In this document: piece after piece, positions 38,201 through 53,965 of the stretch
Position numbering within the stretch: position 1 is the stretch's first letter
Layout: each line of letters starts with the position of its first letter
Source: Geosiphon pyriformis uo1
Taxonomy: Eukaryota; Fungi; Glomeromycota
Length of the DNA: 64,000 bases
Assembly (NCBI GenBank): GCA_016748015.1
Contig: JAAOMT010000009.1
Coordinates: forward strand, 1,174,954 to 1,238,953
Direction: 5' to 3'
Notes under the pieces: model-generated
What the model was told of the DNA's origin: nothing
The model's database searches: none
The model's input: only the letters and a program-made list of their open reading frames with translations
Translations under genes and position numbers: made by a program

Positions 38201-41200
38201 AGTAATAGTTATATATTAATTAATTTCCAGTGTATTAAATCAACACTCAAGATCATATTAGTAAAATTTAAAAAGTGAATACATCTAAAACCCGAATTTT
38301 TAAAGCTATTTAAGTTTCTTGGCAACTCCAGAAAACAATCCAACTAACAACTTGAAAAATTCCAAAATATTATTTACTAATAATATTTTATCAGCAATTA
38401 TTACAAAAAATAAATTACTTATTACTATATTTCTTTTTAAGCTAAAAAACCCAATAAAAACATTATTATTTAGTAGAATTATTTTTAATACTAAACTAAT
38501 CACTATTATATATATTAATATTAAAGTTAATAACTATTAATTAAGTTAATTTTTGATAGTAAGTTAATAAATAATATTATTACATGACAATTTATAAACC
38601 AATTAGGTTGCTAAGTTGATTGTGCTATCAGCACCAGAATTATTACAGCTAATAGAGTAATAAAAACTTCTATTAGTAAAATCAACAACTTTTTTTTTAA
38701 AGTTAATGGTATCATTGCACTAATCAAAGTTCTAATTATGAAAGCCACACAATATCAAGCTTTTATTGGTAATAATTGGCTATCTAAAACCAATATTGTG
38801 CTTGACTAAAATACACAAAAGTTATAGTTCAATCAAAATAGTCAACATACTTGAGTACTAGCTATTTGTAGCCACTTTAATACAACTTAATTACAATTAA
38901 TAATAAAATTTAAGAAAAAAACAAACAAATCTGTTTGAAAAGCTTATCAAGTCTTGTAAGCTAATAATAATTACAACAAGCTATTATTAATACTTAACTA
39001 AAAACAAAAAAAAACAAAAAAAAAACAAATCAACCACAAGCCACTATTATCACAAAAAAATCAGCCAATAGCTAGCATATATTTTATTTATTAGAACCAA
39101 AGAAAAAACCATCTTATATTTTACTTAGATATATTGACTATAAGAAAAAGCTTTTATTTATAAAAGCTTAAATTTTGTTAAAAAAGAACTACTGAACACA
39201 TACCTATTATTATTGCAAACTATGTTACAAAAAATGTTTTGAATATCTAAAATAACAGAAAAAATAAGACAACAAATTATGTTTTGTTTGTAAGAAAACA
39301 TTATTTAACAAAGAAATATGGAATAACATTTCTGGTTAAAGAAAAATATATAATATATTATACTAATACATAATTCTTATTAATAACTAGATAAGCAGAG
39401 GAACACTATTTAATATTACTGTTACTTATAGAAAAAATACAAAAAAAATAGTAGAAAAAACAGATAAAGAAAATAGACCAATAAGAAAATAATATTTAGC
39501 ATGTGAGCACATTGCTTAGTAATATAAAACATTGTTAGAAAATTACAGCACATTGCTTAGCAATAAACACATTGTCAGAAATTACAAACATATTGCTTAG
39601 TAATATAAGCATTATTTAAAAAATTATGGCACATTACTTATAAATATGCAAAATTTCATAGAACATCAATTATATATATATAGCAGTAATATTAAAAGTT
39701 AAAAAATTAAAGAAAATTAGACTCTTAAAAGTCAATTAGACTCTTAAAGTTAATTAGACTTACAAGTCATAATTATTAAATACTTTTTCTTTTAAAGATA
39801 ATTGCTATCAACCAACATAAAATTATATTAATAAAATATTTTTTTAATTCTTCAAATTCATATTATTATTTATTATTTAACCTGCTGACACAATAGTTTT
39901 TGATTATGACTATTAACAGAATATTTATTTTTTATTTTATTTTCTTTATTTTTTTATTTTTTTTTATTTTTTTTATTTTATTTTCTTTTATGATTTACTA
40001 AATTAATTAAAAGAATTAAGCACTAAATAATTGACATCAAAGATAGTCTGATAAAAGATCCAGAAATAAGAGTATAAAATTTATAAATTAATGAATAGCT
40101 TATCAGAAAAACATGACTGTTAAAATAAACTGGCCACATGCTAAAAAAAGAAATTTTATAGAATTAATATTCCAAAAGGCTACTAAAAACAACTATTAAA
40201 TCTCTGTTCATTATACAAAGAATTTCAACCCAAAATCTTCAGATATTAACAACTTTAAATATGAAAATCTTTAAAGATTACCAACATAATTCAGCTATTG
40301 AACACCAAGTTATAAGTTTGTTATTTGTATCAACATCCCAAATAATTATCTGTAATACTACATAAAACCAAGTACTTTTATGCTTAAATAATTATCTATA
40401 TAACAAGAACAAAATTTGGTAAATAGCAAGTACTAAAGTCGAAAGCATTTCACTCAATAAAATACTTGTCATCAAAAATAACTTACCAAAATCTGTTAAA
40501 ACCATTCTTATCCCAAATTTAGATATTTTTGTTAACATTTTAAGTAATTTAAAACAATTTCACAAATACTACCAAGATCTAATATTCATTCAAAAAAAGC
40601 AAGAGTAGTGTTTAGAACAATTAAACACAAAACTTTGTAAATATTGCTTAATTTTCAATAACTTTAAATATTGTGACAATTGTGACTTTATCTACAATCT
40701 ACTACTATACATAATTTATTTAATCTCTAAAGAAAAAGAACCAATTAGCAGTTGTGTTTTAGAATCAAAATTGAAATTCAATTGTAATTCAGACTTCAAT
40801 AATAACAACAACAACAGTTCTAATACTATTTACTATAACAACAATAACAATAATGCTTCAAATTCTAATTACAACTTCAAAGAATATATTGTGCTCCCAA
40901 ATTTCTCAAAAGAACAGGAACTCAAATGGTTCAATAATAATAATAAGAGTATTATGCCAGAATGCACACATGATACCAATACAAAATTTGATCTCAAATA
41001 TTTTAGAAAAACTACTATCAAATTAAAACCTCATTTATACATCAGCATAGATTTAAAATTAGCACTAATAATTCTAGTAATGACAATAGTTCAATTAATT
41101 TCTAGATTTAGTTTAGTGAAAAAAAAGATTAATATCAAAGAAGAAATAATTGATGCAAAATATATAGGAAATATTATTACAATACTATAAAACAACTCAA

Positions 41201-44200
41201 AAAAAAGATATACTATTGAATCAAATAAAAAAATAGCACAGGCAATATTTTTGTTTCTGATTAAAATAGCTTAGTTAGTGTTAATGAGAATGAAAAAAAG
41301 TCAAAGATTATGGCAAGAGAAATAAATAAATTCGGATTTATAGATAGCATAAAAATACTAATTAATATGACAAAAAAAAAACAATTAATAAAAAAAAAAT
41401 TATTTTTACCAATTAATTCATTTCTATTCTATAATATAATCAGCATATATTAATTATAAAAAAAAAAGTAAAAGATCAATCCCAAATTTTTGAAGTAGAA
41501 TTAAACATTTGTGAATTAAGAGAAATTAATATTACCAATCTCTACATATTAGCCAAAAACCACAAAAACATTAAAATTCTAATATACAATACAACTAAAA
41601 ACATTATAAAAATACCAAGTGGAATTATTATTAGATACTTAAACACTAAAGTTAAAAACCAATCACCAATTACTATTCCAAACTTTTCATAACTGTGCAA
41701 ATATGTGAATATCATATTACAAACAATCTATAAACAAAAAAAGTGTTATTTGTTACAACCAAAATAGTTTTAGCAAATGAACTTGAAGAATTTAGATCTA
41801 CTTTAACATATACAACTCAAAATGCTACTCAACAATTTTACTGACATTTTTGCCAGTAAAAATAAATTTGGCAGAACTAATATTATCTAGCATTAAATTA
41901 AAACTGGAAATATAATATCAATTAAACAAAAAACATACAGAGTACTACTTATTAACCATAAGATTATTTGACAAGAAATTAACTAAATATTAAACAACAA
42001 ATTAATTCAATTATTAATAAGTTCATAGTTATTATCAGTGGTATTTGTCTAAAAAAATGAAAAGATTTACTTTTGTGTAAACTACTAAAAATTCAATAGT
42101 ATTACTCATAGAGATAACTACTCAATTCCATGAATTTGGAAGTTATTTAATACTTTTAAAAAGAAAAAATGGTACTTAACATTGAATTTAAATAGTAGTT
42201 ATTAACAAGTAGTTATGAATTTAGCCGACAAAGAGAAAACAACATTTATAATTAAAGAAAAAAACTTGGAATTCAACATTATGTTTTTTGGCTTAACTAA
42301 TACTTTAGTTATCTTCTAATAACTTATGAAAATTGTCTATACTAGACTATTATGAAAATCAGTAGTAGTCTACTTAAATAACACCAATGTGTTTTTTAAA
42401 ACATTTAATAATCATTTCTATTATCTTTAACAAATATTTAAAAGATTAAAAAGAGCTAAACTAAAATTAAATACTATCAAATGCTTTTTTGAAAAAACTA
42501 AACTCAAGTTTTTGGAACATGTTATGAGCAAAAATAGTATCAAAACAGATCTTAATAAAATTGAAATAGTTAAAAACTTTCTAGTACTAATAAGCTTAAC
42601 AAAACTAAGAGTATTTTTGGAATTTATTAAATACTATTGTTATTTCATCCAAAATTTCTTCAAACTGGCTCAATTATTTTATCAGCTTCAAGCAAAAAAC
42701 ATTAAATATAAATAAACTAAAACTTAACAAAAAGCTTTTGACATCTTAAAAAGAAAGCTTATTTAAGCTTTAGTATTAATTTATTCAGATTATAGCAAGT
42801 ATTTATTATTACTACTAATGTATTTAACCAAGTATTAAGAGTTGTATTGTCACAAAAAAAAACTAACAAATAAAAATATTCAATGATATATGTTAACAAA
42901 AATTTAAGTCCAGCCAAAAAAAATTATGGAACTTTAGTATTAGAATACTTAGTTATCTATTAGGCTGTCATTAAATAAAAAAATATTTAAGTTAAAAGTT
43001 TGATGTGTATACTAATTACAAAGAATTAATATTAATTCAAAAGCAAAAAATTTGAAGACAATTGTCATACAAGATGGAAAATAAAACTATCATTATTTAA
43101 TTATATTATACATTATAAAAAGAGAAAAAAAATAAAAATGCTGACAGTTTGTTGTAAATGAGACAAATCTAAAACATTTTAATCCAAAAATATAACAAAA
43201 AATGAATACACAAAAATATCAACAACTTTAATATTATATTAATATTCAATAGTTCAAAAAAAAATTATTTCAAAAAGAACAAAACAACATAAAACAACAA
43301 TTAAAATACTTTATCATTTACTAAAATATATTATATTAGAAAACAAAAAATATTCAAACTAATTACTCAAAGTAATTACAGAATTAAAAAAAGAAACAAT
43401 ACTATTTAACATATACTTAGATTTAACAGCAAAACATTTTCATAAAAAAGCAACTATAAAAAAAATTGGAAAAAGATACTACTGGTTATTTATGTATTCA
43501 AATATTATTCAATATGTTTAAAATTGTGATATTTATTAAAAAAAAAAAACAAGACCTAATAAATTACTAAAACCAATTAAAATAAGACAATTATTTAATT
43601 AAATTAAAATTAACTTAGTTAAACCATTAACTATAACTAGTAAAAACAATTAATTTATAGCAGTAGCCATAGACTATCTTATAAAATAGCCAAAAACAAA
43701 AGCAATTCAAAGAGCAAATACAAAATTTGTAGCCAAATTCATACACCAAAATTTAATTTGTTAACATAGATGTTCAAAAAAATTGTTATTAAACCAAAAA
43801 ATCTACTTTGTAAACAGAATATTAACAGAATTAAATCAGAAATTTGGAATTAAGAGACTATTATTATTATTATATTATCTACAAACAAATGGCTTAGTTA
43901 AAAAGTTCAATAAAACATTGTGTAAAGCAATAGCCAAGATTAACCAAAAAAACCAAGACAAATAAAATTTGTTTATACTATTAGTATTATTTGCTTATTG
44001 AATAATAAAGCAAAATATTATATAAGCAACACTATTTAAACTAATTTATGATAGAACAGCAATATTACCAGTTGAAATAGATATTAATATATATTTAATA
44101 AAGCCAATAACAAAAGCTAACTTCCAAAAAACATTGCTAAAAAGAATATACAACTTAATAGAAACTTTAAAAAACAAAAGACAAAAAGCAGCTAATAATA

Positions 44201-46099
44201 TACAAAAATTACAAGTAAAACAAAAAAATAACATGATAATCAGTTACCAGATAAACCAGTTGAATTCAAAATTGGAGACAAAGTACTTTTATATTATACC
44301 AAAGTAGAAAAACAATAAAGTGGAAAATTTGATTCTAAATAGAACAGATCATATTATATTAAAGAAATTCTAGAAAATAGAGCTTATAAATTAAGATAGG
44401 ACAACAAAATTTTAGCTAAAACAGCACATGAGAATTGACTAAAACTATATTACAATATAGCATTATTATCTACCAGTAATATTTTACAATTAAGAGTACA
44501 ACAAATACTAATCCAACCAGATTAAATTTTATAAGATTTAAAACCAATTATAATTATTAACATAAACACATCAAATTGATTTATAAGAACAGTATATAAA
44601 GAACCAATACACATAACAAAAGCAAACAGAAAAATAAAAATTACTAATAACATTCACTTATTTACATAACAATTATTACAACTTATTTAACATTAAAAAT
44701 TAAGTCTAAAAATTACTATTAACAAACAAACAATCCAATATAAAGACAAAAAAATAAATCAAAAATCTTAAAGAAAAGAATAATATCTCAGATATCATAT
44801 TTTTGAAAATTCAATAGACAAAATAATGAGAAAAATAGAAAAAACACTGGAAATTTTAAGAATAGTAATATCAAATAAAAAAGTAATACTAAAAAATTGA
44901 AACCAATAAACACAACAAATTCACAAGAACTTTTGTTACTATTAGTTAGAACAAAAACTAAATATTTAAAACTTATATATAGATAAAACCAAAAGAATGT
45001 TTAATATGATTATATTACAACAAATTAAACAAGTTGTGAGAAAAAAAATTTACTTACATATACAAAAGTCATTTATTAATTACAAATGAGATTTTAAAAC
45101 TGATCAAAAATATTACTATACTTAGCAATAAGTATAATAATTATTAATTAACTAGAAAAATTAACCAATACCTAATTTAACAAATTACAGACCAAAATTA
45201 TAAAAGCAATTTTCAAGAAAAAAATTATAGAGCTAATCCAAAAAAAAAATTTAGAAGATTTAGAAAATCTTAATAGAGCTTAATATTAAAAAAAGAGAAT
45301 AATGTTATTTATAAAAATTAAGAATTATAATAATAAATAAAATAGCCAATTAAAAATAGGCATAATAAAAAGAGGAATTCCAGAATTTTTCTTGAGAAAT
45401 TGCAGAATTTCAGAATTTCAGGATTCCAGCATTCCTGTCAAAAGAATTGAAAAATTTCAAGGAATTTTATATAACATGAATTATATATATATAGCAAAAA
45501 TATTAAAAACAAGAAAAAACAGACTTAAATAGAATAGTAGTTAGCAATAACTACTTATCTTATACTTTTTCTTCAAAAAACTGTTTTTTATGACTTAAAA
45601 TAAAATCATATTAATATTAATAAAATATTTAATTATTATCTAATCTGTATTATTATTGCTTAATTAAAAATATTAATTACTTTTTTTATTATTAACCACT
45701 TATATTAATAAATTTCAATATTTAATCATACTAAAACAATAGTCTTTGATTATGACTATTGACAAGATACTAATTTTTTGTTTTTTTTTGTTTTATTTTT
45801 TTGTTGTTTACTAATTAATTAAAAAAATTAAGCACTAAGTATTTAATATTAAGAATAGTCTAATAAAAAACTTAAAAATAACTTACTAAAAAGACATAAC
45901 TGTCAGAATAAATTGGCCACCATGCTGAAAAAAAAATTTACAGAAAAAACCATTAATTAAATCTCTGTTTATTATACAAAAAACTCAACCAAAACCTTTA
46001 AACTCCAAAATCTTCAGAAATTACCAATATTTTTAGCTATTGAGCACTAATTTATAAGTTTGTTATTTGTTTTAATATTCTAAATAATTATTTATAACA
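35284..46099 (+). mobile_element. Highly degenerate full-length dUTPase Gypsy (family B LTRs 35284-36225 and 45303-46099)
   Basis: PBS-like TTTGGTG at 36226; eroded gag, PR, dUTPase (40771 ORF), RT, RH, complete IN (43202-44500), PPT before 45303; no clear matching TSD. Confidence 0.88.
39420..40357 (+). mobile_element. Solo LTR (family B, U3 type 1) nested in the Gypsy polyprotein
   Basis: TGTTACTT...TGTAATA, TSD TTAC/CTAC; removal restores frame ISRGTLFNIT*NQVL, matching VRGGMPFKAAFNRAL of the younger copy. Confidence 0.85.
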
Positions 46100-47040
46100 T
46101 ATGTAAGAGTTGGAAAATAAAACTGTTTAAATAAATTAATAATTTACAATTTTTTTGTTTTATTAATATTGTTATCCAAAAATTTTTTTTTTGTAAAATA
46201 ATAGAATTTTTTTCTTGAATTCAATACAGTACAGAGTATTATAATTGTATTTATTTTAGAGTAATATTCAACCAACTTTTTTTTTGCTGCTCTAACTATT
46301 ATAACAAATAATAAATCTAATATTAAATATGTTAAATAAATAACTAAATAAATACAATTAAGATTATAATACTTTATCAGATTTATTATTATTAACTGTG
46401 TCTTTAACATAATTAAAAATAATATTAAAGAGAAAAATAATTGAGAAGGCAGTATTATTTAAACTGGCTAATATTTTAACTGTAATATCTTTAAATAGTT
46501 TAAAAAATTTAGCAATTTTATCAAAAACAAGCCACTAATTGTGTAAAATAACATATTAATAGAGATTAATATAAGTGCTAGTAAAGATGTTTAATGCTTA
46601 TAAATTTACAGTTAGAATTTTTGTATTCAAAATATATAGAATCAAAAATAAATGACTTATTGATTTAAAAGATAACTTATTTTTAACTATATTATAAATA
46701 GAATTCTATTGAGTGAGACAATTCAAAATAAGTTTATAGTATTTAATTTAACATGTATTACAAATACATTCAAGAAGCTTAAAACATTGAGGCAAAGTAT
46801 GAATTGCAAAGTTAAGTTCCTTAATTTTTAATTTATATAAAGTTTATATTAAAAGATAAATATATTCGATTTGAGTTTTTAATAAATGTCTTGAAAACAT
46901 TATTTTTTATTTTATTTAAAGCTATCTGCACTGTTAAATTTAAAATATAATTAAAGCATTAAAATTAAAAATCTTCCAAGTTTTATTAAATGTTTTTTTT
47001 TTAAATTTTTTTGCTAATTTTTTTATAAAAGTACTATTAT
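46100..47040 (-). mobile_element. Degenerate hAT-family DNA transposase fragment
   Basis: Reads LPQC...LILNCLTQ*NSIYNI (cf. hAT D..TRWNSTY.M), LFKDITVKIL, AAKKKLVEYYSK...LCTVLNSRKK (cf. LDPR). Confidence 0.7.
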
Positions 47041-47050
47041 TTGTGGTATT

Positions 47051-50000
47051 TTTATTATTATTATTATTATTATTAAGTAAAGTTTAACTATTATCTAGTA
47101 CATAGAACCAAACTAAGTGGCTCAAACTAAACATAACTCACACACTTATTATATGTGACTAGCCATTTAGGCCAGACAAGACAACACTACATACTTATAC
47201 TAATATTTATGTTACAATCTAAAACAAAAAAAAGGCATGGCTTATAATGGCCAAAACTAATAGCAAAAGACTCAATAATACCAAGCATTTTGATCACTCC
47301 ATTTGACAGCATTGATGCTAAACTACATAACAAGCCTGATATCATACTGCCATCTCTAATCAAACTAGTTTTTTCTATCTTAATCTTAAATTTAGACCTT
47401 ACCAGCCAGACCTTAGAATAATGCAGCTCTATTAAATACCTCACAAAATCAACAACAGTAGAGATGGCTTCCTTCCTACTATCAAAAATTTTAATAGTCT
47501 CTATGCACTAATTTTTTAATACAAAACTCTTGCACATAATTGCATAAATTCTAGCATCTGACAAACAATGAAAAAGCACCTGTAAAACAGCAGAAAAAAA
47601 CAAACCACAAGCACCTGTTAAAGCAATTCAATGCATGGAGGCCTTAACTAAAATTTTTTTCTGAACACTAACACTTTGAACACAAATAAAAACATGATTT
47701 AACAATTCTATCTTATCATACAGCAAATACAGCATGCCAGGATATCCTCTATCATACAACTTTTTCCAAATGGTCACCAGTAATCACCTGTGCACAGCTT
47801 TTATCAAGTACATATGAAAGTTGAATAACTTCTAACTAGTAAAACCAGTGAGCATATGTGAGTCAAAATGCCAGACTTTTGCAGTAACATCCCAATTTAT
47901 ATTCTTGATCAATGTATTAAGAACCATATTATGGTCAAGACCAGCTTCCCAACAAACATAACAAACAGACCTAAAAATATTCTTAACAAAATGGTGGGTA
48001 TTGTTAGATACAACAGTGTTTTCAGCAACCAAAAAACGTTTTTACATTTTTACTGGCAAAAAAAATAGAGAGCCAATAGCCAAGCCTGTAGTAGCATCTA
48101 TTTTTATATTACTATAGATTTCAGAATAATCTTTAATCTTGACCTAACTTACCATGAGATCCTTATTCCTAATCAAATTAACAATATGTTTTCTCTTAAT
48201 CCAACATTGATTACAAAAATCTGGTACAGCAAATAACATCTCTAATATACATATATCAATAGCAGCTTGGCTATTAAGATGCAAAACCAAAGAGCAAAAA
48301 AATAGAACACACTCTAAAAACAAAGCAACAGCCTGCAATTCAGCCATAGTAAAAGATACCAGACTGCAAACACTAATCCCAATACTCATATTCAAAACTG
48401 GAAAATATACAACAGTACTACTAATAACACCAGTAGAGCCAGTATTCTTCAACAAACTATCTGTGTAAATCTTAAAAGAACCAGACCAAATTTCATGTAA
48501 ACTATCTTGCACTTTAACAAACTCTCTAAAATCTAAAATATTTAAGCTAACTGACCAAATAAACATGAGTAAATTAAGTAATAAAAAACTCTTACTATGT
48601 AAAAATTTTGACATAATCTTAAACCCATAAAGAACAAAACCTTTAGAATTTAATCTTTTTTACCAATAGAATGTTATCCAATCCATTACACTGCTTTTCC
48701 TATCAAAAAGCCTATTACTAAAAGCGACTCCAAAACACTTTAAAAAACAAACAGAACTAAGATACAAAGTCTTTCTAAAAATCAATAACATAGAAAAAAC
48801 ACCAGAACTATGAAAAGCATTAGACAAATTGTTTGTCAAAAATAACTCATTACTCAAAAAAATCTTAACTACACCAGCCAAAAAATTGTTTACAGAACTA
48901 ACAAGCAATTTAACAAAAAACTACAAAAGATTCAAAGAAGCTTATCTTAAAACCTGCAAATCCAAAAATTTATGATAAAATAAATAACCAAAAATGCCTA
49001 AAGCATTGAAAAATAAGACCACAACAGTCAGTTTACCTTCTAATTGCGCTTGTTTGAAAGATTTTAGACTATATAATAACAGATAATTTAAAGCTTCATT
49101 AGAGAAATTATGTAACAAACACACTTTATTCTTAAGATCTTTTTTGATTATAATATTTCACTTGTGACACATACTTGATAAGACAAAACTAAACTGGGTT
49201 TTGTAACTAACAATGGGCTGTAAAACAGCCAACACCAAATAAAAAAACTGCTTATTTATAATAGCCTTTCTGAGCACCACATTGACAAAAAACTAAACAT
49301 TAGAATAAGTCTTAGCCACACTTAGCTTGGACAATCTCTTGGTTGATAAAAAAATTCCCAGATATCTGTGCATTTTGTTTTTTTGGCAATCAAAATTGGC
49401 TGATCATTGATACTTAAAAAAGCAGCCTTAATACTTTAATTAATAAGAATAGCCACAGTTTTTTCAGTATTAATTGAAATATTATTGATTGAGAAAAATT
49501 TATTAACAATATTAAGAGCACACTGCAAAGAAGCCTAACAATTTCCAATTCAAATTGTATCATTCACAAATATGCCAGCTGTAAAGAAAAAAGACAAACC
49601 ACTACTATTCTTAATTCTGCCAGTTTTTGCCACAAATTTAGTATTAATCTAATATTCACATAAATGTTTATGTCTTTTAACTTTGCATAAGAGCAGATTA
49701 TAAAAGATTCTCTAAAAAAAGAGGAAAAAAACTTCACCTTAATCCAAACCATTATGCATTTTATAGCTTTCTAAGAGGCCAAAATCTATCATTATCCTAT
49801 TAATTTTATTATTATGTATGTTGCCAAAAAATTTGATAAACCTATTACATATCTTGATCTACTTTAATCTCCAAGTGATGCCGACCAACTGAATTGTATG
49901 TTTTATGCATATTCTGTAAGACTAACCAAAGTTCCCAATTCTTTTCCAGTGCATTTTCAACCACCAAACCAACTGCAAACACAGGAAATTAAGTAGATGT

Positions 50001-53000
50001 ATCTTTTAAAACAGAAAAGTTATCACCACAAAGGACACTAAACTTGCTGTATACAGATGAAATTCTGTTTAAAAGAATTTTGGAAAGAATTTTCTTGGCA
50101 GTTTTGATCAATGCAATAGATTAAGTGTTTATAAAAACTCCATCTCAATTATAAAGTTTAAAGATTATTGAGACCAAGCCTTTTTTTACAAGACAAAAAC
50201 ACCATTAATTGCTAAGCATGCATTTAACAGTCTTAAAAAGTATTCTATTATCTCATCACTATTATACTTCTATAATTTATTAAAAATATTAGACAAGCCA
50301 GCAGCTTTGCCATCAGACAGACCATTAACAACTAAAAACAACTCATTCATACTGATTGCATATATTATATCAAAAAAAGTATCATCTCTTATATAATTCA
50401 ATAGTACATATTGACAAGCCCAGAAATTAGACACTACTAAAGACATATTCTGCTTCCTTATCCAAGTTTTCATAATTTTATTAACACTGAGCTTTACTTT
50501 TTCTGGTTTTAAAACCAATTCATCATTTACTACTAAGTAATCCAAAACCACTTTGCAAAAAGACTGATTCAAAATACTTCTAATTATACTACTTTTATCA
50601 GAACAAAAATTTTTTATGTGTTTCTTGACTGTCTTTCTAATAGATGCCTTCTTAGTTAACTTCAACTCATACATCTTGGATCTTTTATATTCTTTCCTAA
50701 CCAGTGACAAATGTTTGAAAATATCTATTAATTTCTCACTATTTTAAACCATGTCCACTATTATAAGAGCTTTATCAGCACCCAAAGTTGACTATTTCCT
50801 TATAAGATAATCAAAACCAAAGATGTTACCCAAGCTCAACCTCTTAACAATTTTGGCAACTAACAATTCCAGTTTCAAAAACTTAAAAGACTGCTTATTT
50901 TTTAAACACTGAAAATTACTGAACCACTGTTTAGAAAATATCTTATCAGCCAAATTCATTATCACTTTCTCTAACAACAACTACATAGTATTCAAATTAT
51001 AATGAGCATTAGCATCCAGAAACTTATTTTTTATTCCCAAAAGCTTGGCAAAAAAGCAATCCCTAAAATGAATCTACTTGGCACTATTTACATTCTTGAA
51101 TTTAAACTTCCAACAATTCTTATTAGCTTAATTGTGCAAGCTATTTAAACAAACATCTAAGAATTTACTTAAGCCAACAGACATCATAACAGTTTTGTAA
51201 TCAGTGTCAAAGAAAGCAGACACAGAACCAATATTATGATTAACAACTATTAACAATAAGCTTTTACTTACAAAAAATATAATCTAAAACTTTTTTAATA
51301 TTTTTCAAGTTGCTCCAAATTGGAACTTTAATCAAAGAATGCTTATTGAATAAATTAACTAAACTTAGACCTAAACAAAACTTAAAACTTATACTCTTCT
51401 TAGATCTACTTTCATTGAAATTTTTACTCAAAACTACAAAAGTGCTGAAGTTAATAGTTTTTGCAATGAAAAAATTGACTTTCGAGATTTGTCCAAATCA
51501 AATATCAAAAGAAATGCCAGCATACAAACCAAGAACCATAATTAAAAGCTTGTTTTTAAACAAAAAATACACTAAAACAATCTGACCAAAAATTTCTTCT
51601 ACTTTAAAAATATGACAAGCCAAGAAACTGTTCATAATAACAGTAATATTAACATCAAGAAAACCAATATGCAAATCAGAAATAAAAATCCAAATTCTAT
51701 CAAACTTATTCTTAATCTATGGCCTAATAGTAGACCTTAATTTTGTTTTAGTAATAAAAGAAATCATATTATCCAAATTAATATGCCAATAAACTAAGTC
51801 ATTCTGTTTTGCAGAAACATTAATACCACAAACATTACACATAGTAAATTTCCAAACCAAACCACTTATTGAGATAAAGGGAGAGCTAACAAACCCAAAT
51901 TAGAGCACAAATAATCCAGTCTCTTCAAAACTAAACCAACCAATACTTTCAAAGCCACCATTTTTGACTCCAATTCACCCATCTTTGTGGTCAGAACCTT
52001 AAAATTATTTCAGCTGAAGTCAGCAACCACATTATTAACAACTGAGAAAAAAGAAATGAATGACAACAACACACTATTCAAAGCTATATTTGAACCAAAC
52101 AGAATACATAAAAAGCAGACAGCAAAGGCACCAATTTCATAAAGCTCAATTTCTTCACAATAATAGACACCTAATTCACTAAAAGCTCTAAAAAGCATTC
52201 CAAAGAAGCCAGACAATCAGCCAAATAAGAATTGTTAAGAGGAGTAAAAACCATTAAAAGAGGTTTTACATTTGAAAACAAACTAACACCAGAAGAAACT
52301 AATGAAACCACCCAAAAAAAAGAGTTACCAGCAATTTGGGCCCAAGTCCTACTACTAAAAAAACCAGATAAGCAATAGATGCCTGTCTTTTCTTATAAAT
52401 ATTGGCCAGACAAACCTAATCTTGAGAAGTTATTATCTATTTACCATAACCACTAGAATTTCTACTCACTGAATAATTATTTGAAATATAACCAAATTGT
52501 TTACACCACACACAGTAAGCCAAAAAAAGACCAGCCCAGTGTAAATTTACATCCTTAAAAACTAGAATAGAGCCAATAGCAGCCAATTTAGATGTTTTAT
52601 TATTAAAACAAACCACTATACACCTATTATAAACATATAAACTAGAATTATGACCAATGAAACAAGTTCTTCTATTATATAATTCTAACAAATCTAATAA
52701 ATTATAAGCAATAGTATCTATTAGCAAAGTATACAACAAAGTCTGGTGCTGATTTCTTGTTACTTATGATTTTTTGTCATTGATAACCAAAGTTATATGT
52801 ACTGAATTTTTTTCTATGAAAACTGATTATTTGGAAGCAACTAAGCTAGCCACATCTACTAATTCAAACTTGATTAAAGCTTTTTGCTAAAGCCTAATCA
52901 ATTGTATCTTGATTAAAATTATCTTACCAAATTTAGAAAACACTGATTGTTAATCTGGAAAAATCTATTGGGATCTTTTTGATGATCACTTCTTGATCTA

Positions 53001-53931
53001 ATTAGCTGTTTGGTTTTCTAACATTATTATTAACCAAGATTTTGGCAATAATAGTCAACTCTCTAGTCTTTTGCAAACTTGACTTTGAAGTAAAAGAGAA
53101 TTTGATTAGCTCAGGAAACTTTGAAGAAATGAATGCCCTCCTAAAACCATTCACATGATAAAAAATTTTTTTTAAAGCCAACAATTTATTACCAAAAAAC
53201 TTGCCAAGCACAGCCAATAAATCAATATCTAATACAAAGACTTCTTTGAGCCAAAATTTTTTATTTCCTTGTTTTGCAACTTATTTAATAGCAACTTTTT
53301 GAAACCAGCAAATTTGGGTGCTAAAAGCACCAATACAAATTTATTCCCATTCAAGTCATTAAAGAACAGCACTTTTGATAACTGTCTTAAAACATATGTT
53401 TTTGTTCACATTTTTCTCAGAATTGTGTCATTCATTATATTGTCAGTCTTAGAAGTATTGGAATCCATATAACTTATTTCCTTAGCAATGGTATTTTTTA
53501 TGTTCTTAATATTAGACACTTTACTAATACTCACTTTTTTGCTCTTAATTTTACTACTTCAAGATACTTTGTATTCTTTATTGTCAACTTGCAAACTATT
53601 AATAGATATAAGACCAGTTAACAAATTTACTATACCACTAACAACTTCAGGATTCTTAAGCTTCTTGTATAAAGAGTCATAAGAATAAGCACTCTTAATA
53701 TGTACTTTTTTTTTAGTGCTAAACCAAGTCTCCAACCCAGCCAAAATGAAATCAAAACCACCAACTGAAAAGCCTATCAGATCTATAATAACAGATAGGG
53801 GTTTATTAAAAAAAACAACTATAAAAACAAAGAGGAAAAAAGAGAAAAGAAAAGTGTATTTCTTCAATTACTCAATGTTCTTGCTGTGACCAGGAAATCA
53901 ATAAAAGAAAAAGTTTTTTGAATAATATATT
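47051..53931 (-). mobile_element. Second full-length, heavily eroded LINE (ORF1 + ORF2 with RNase H)
   Basis: Colinear with the first LINE; IYTDSLL, AELQAVA; (TAA)n tail at 47053-47075; possible TSD TGTGGTATT/TGTAGTATT. Confidence 0.88.
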
Positions 53932-53965
53932 TCTGTAGTATTATTAAAAATAATAGCAAAAAGTT

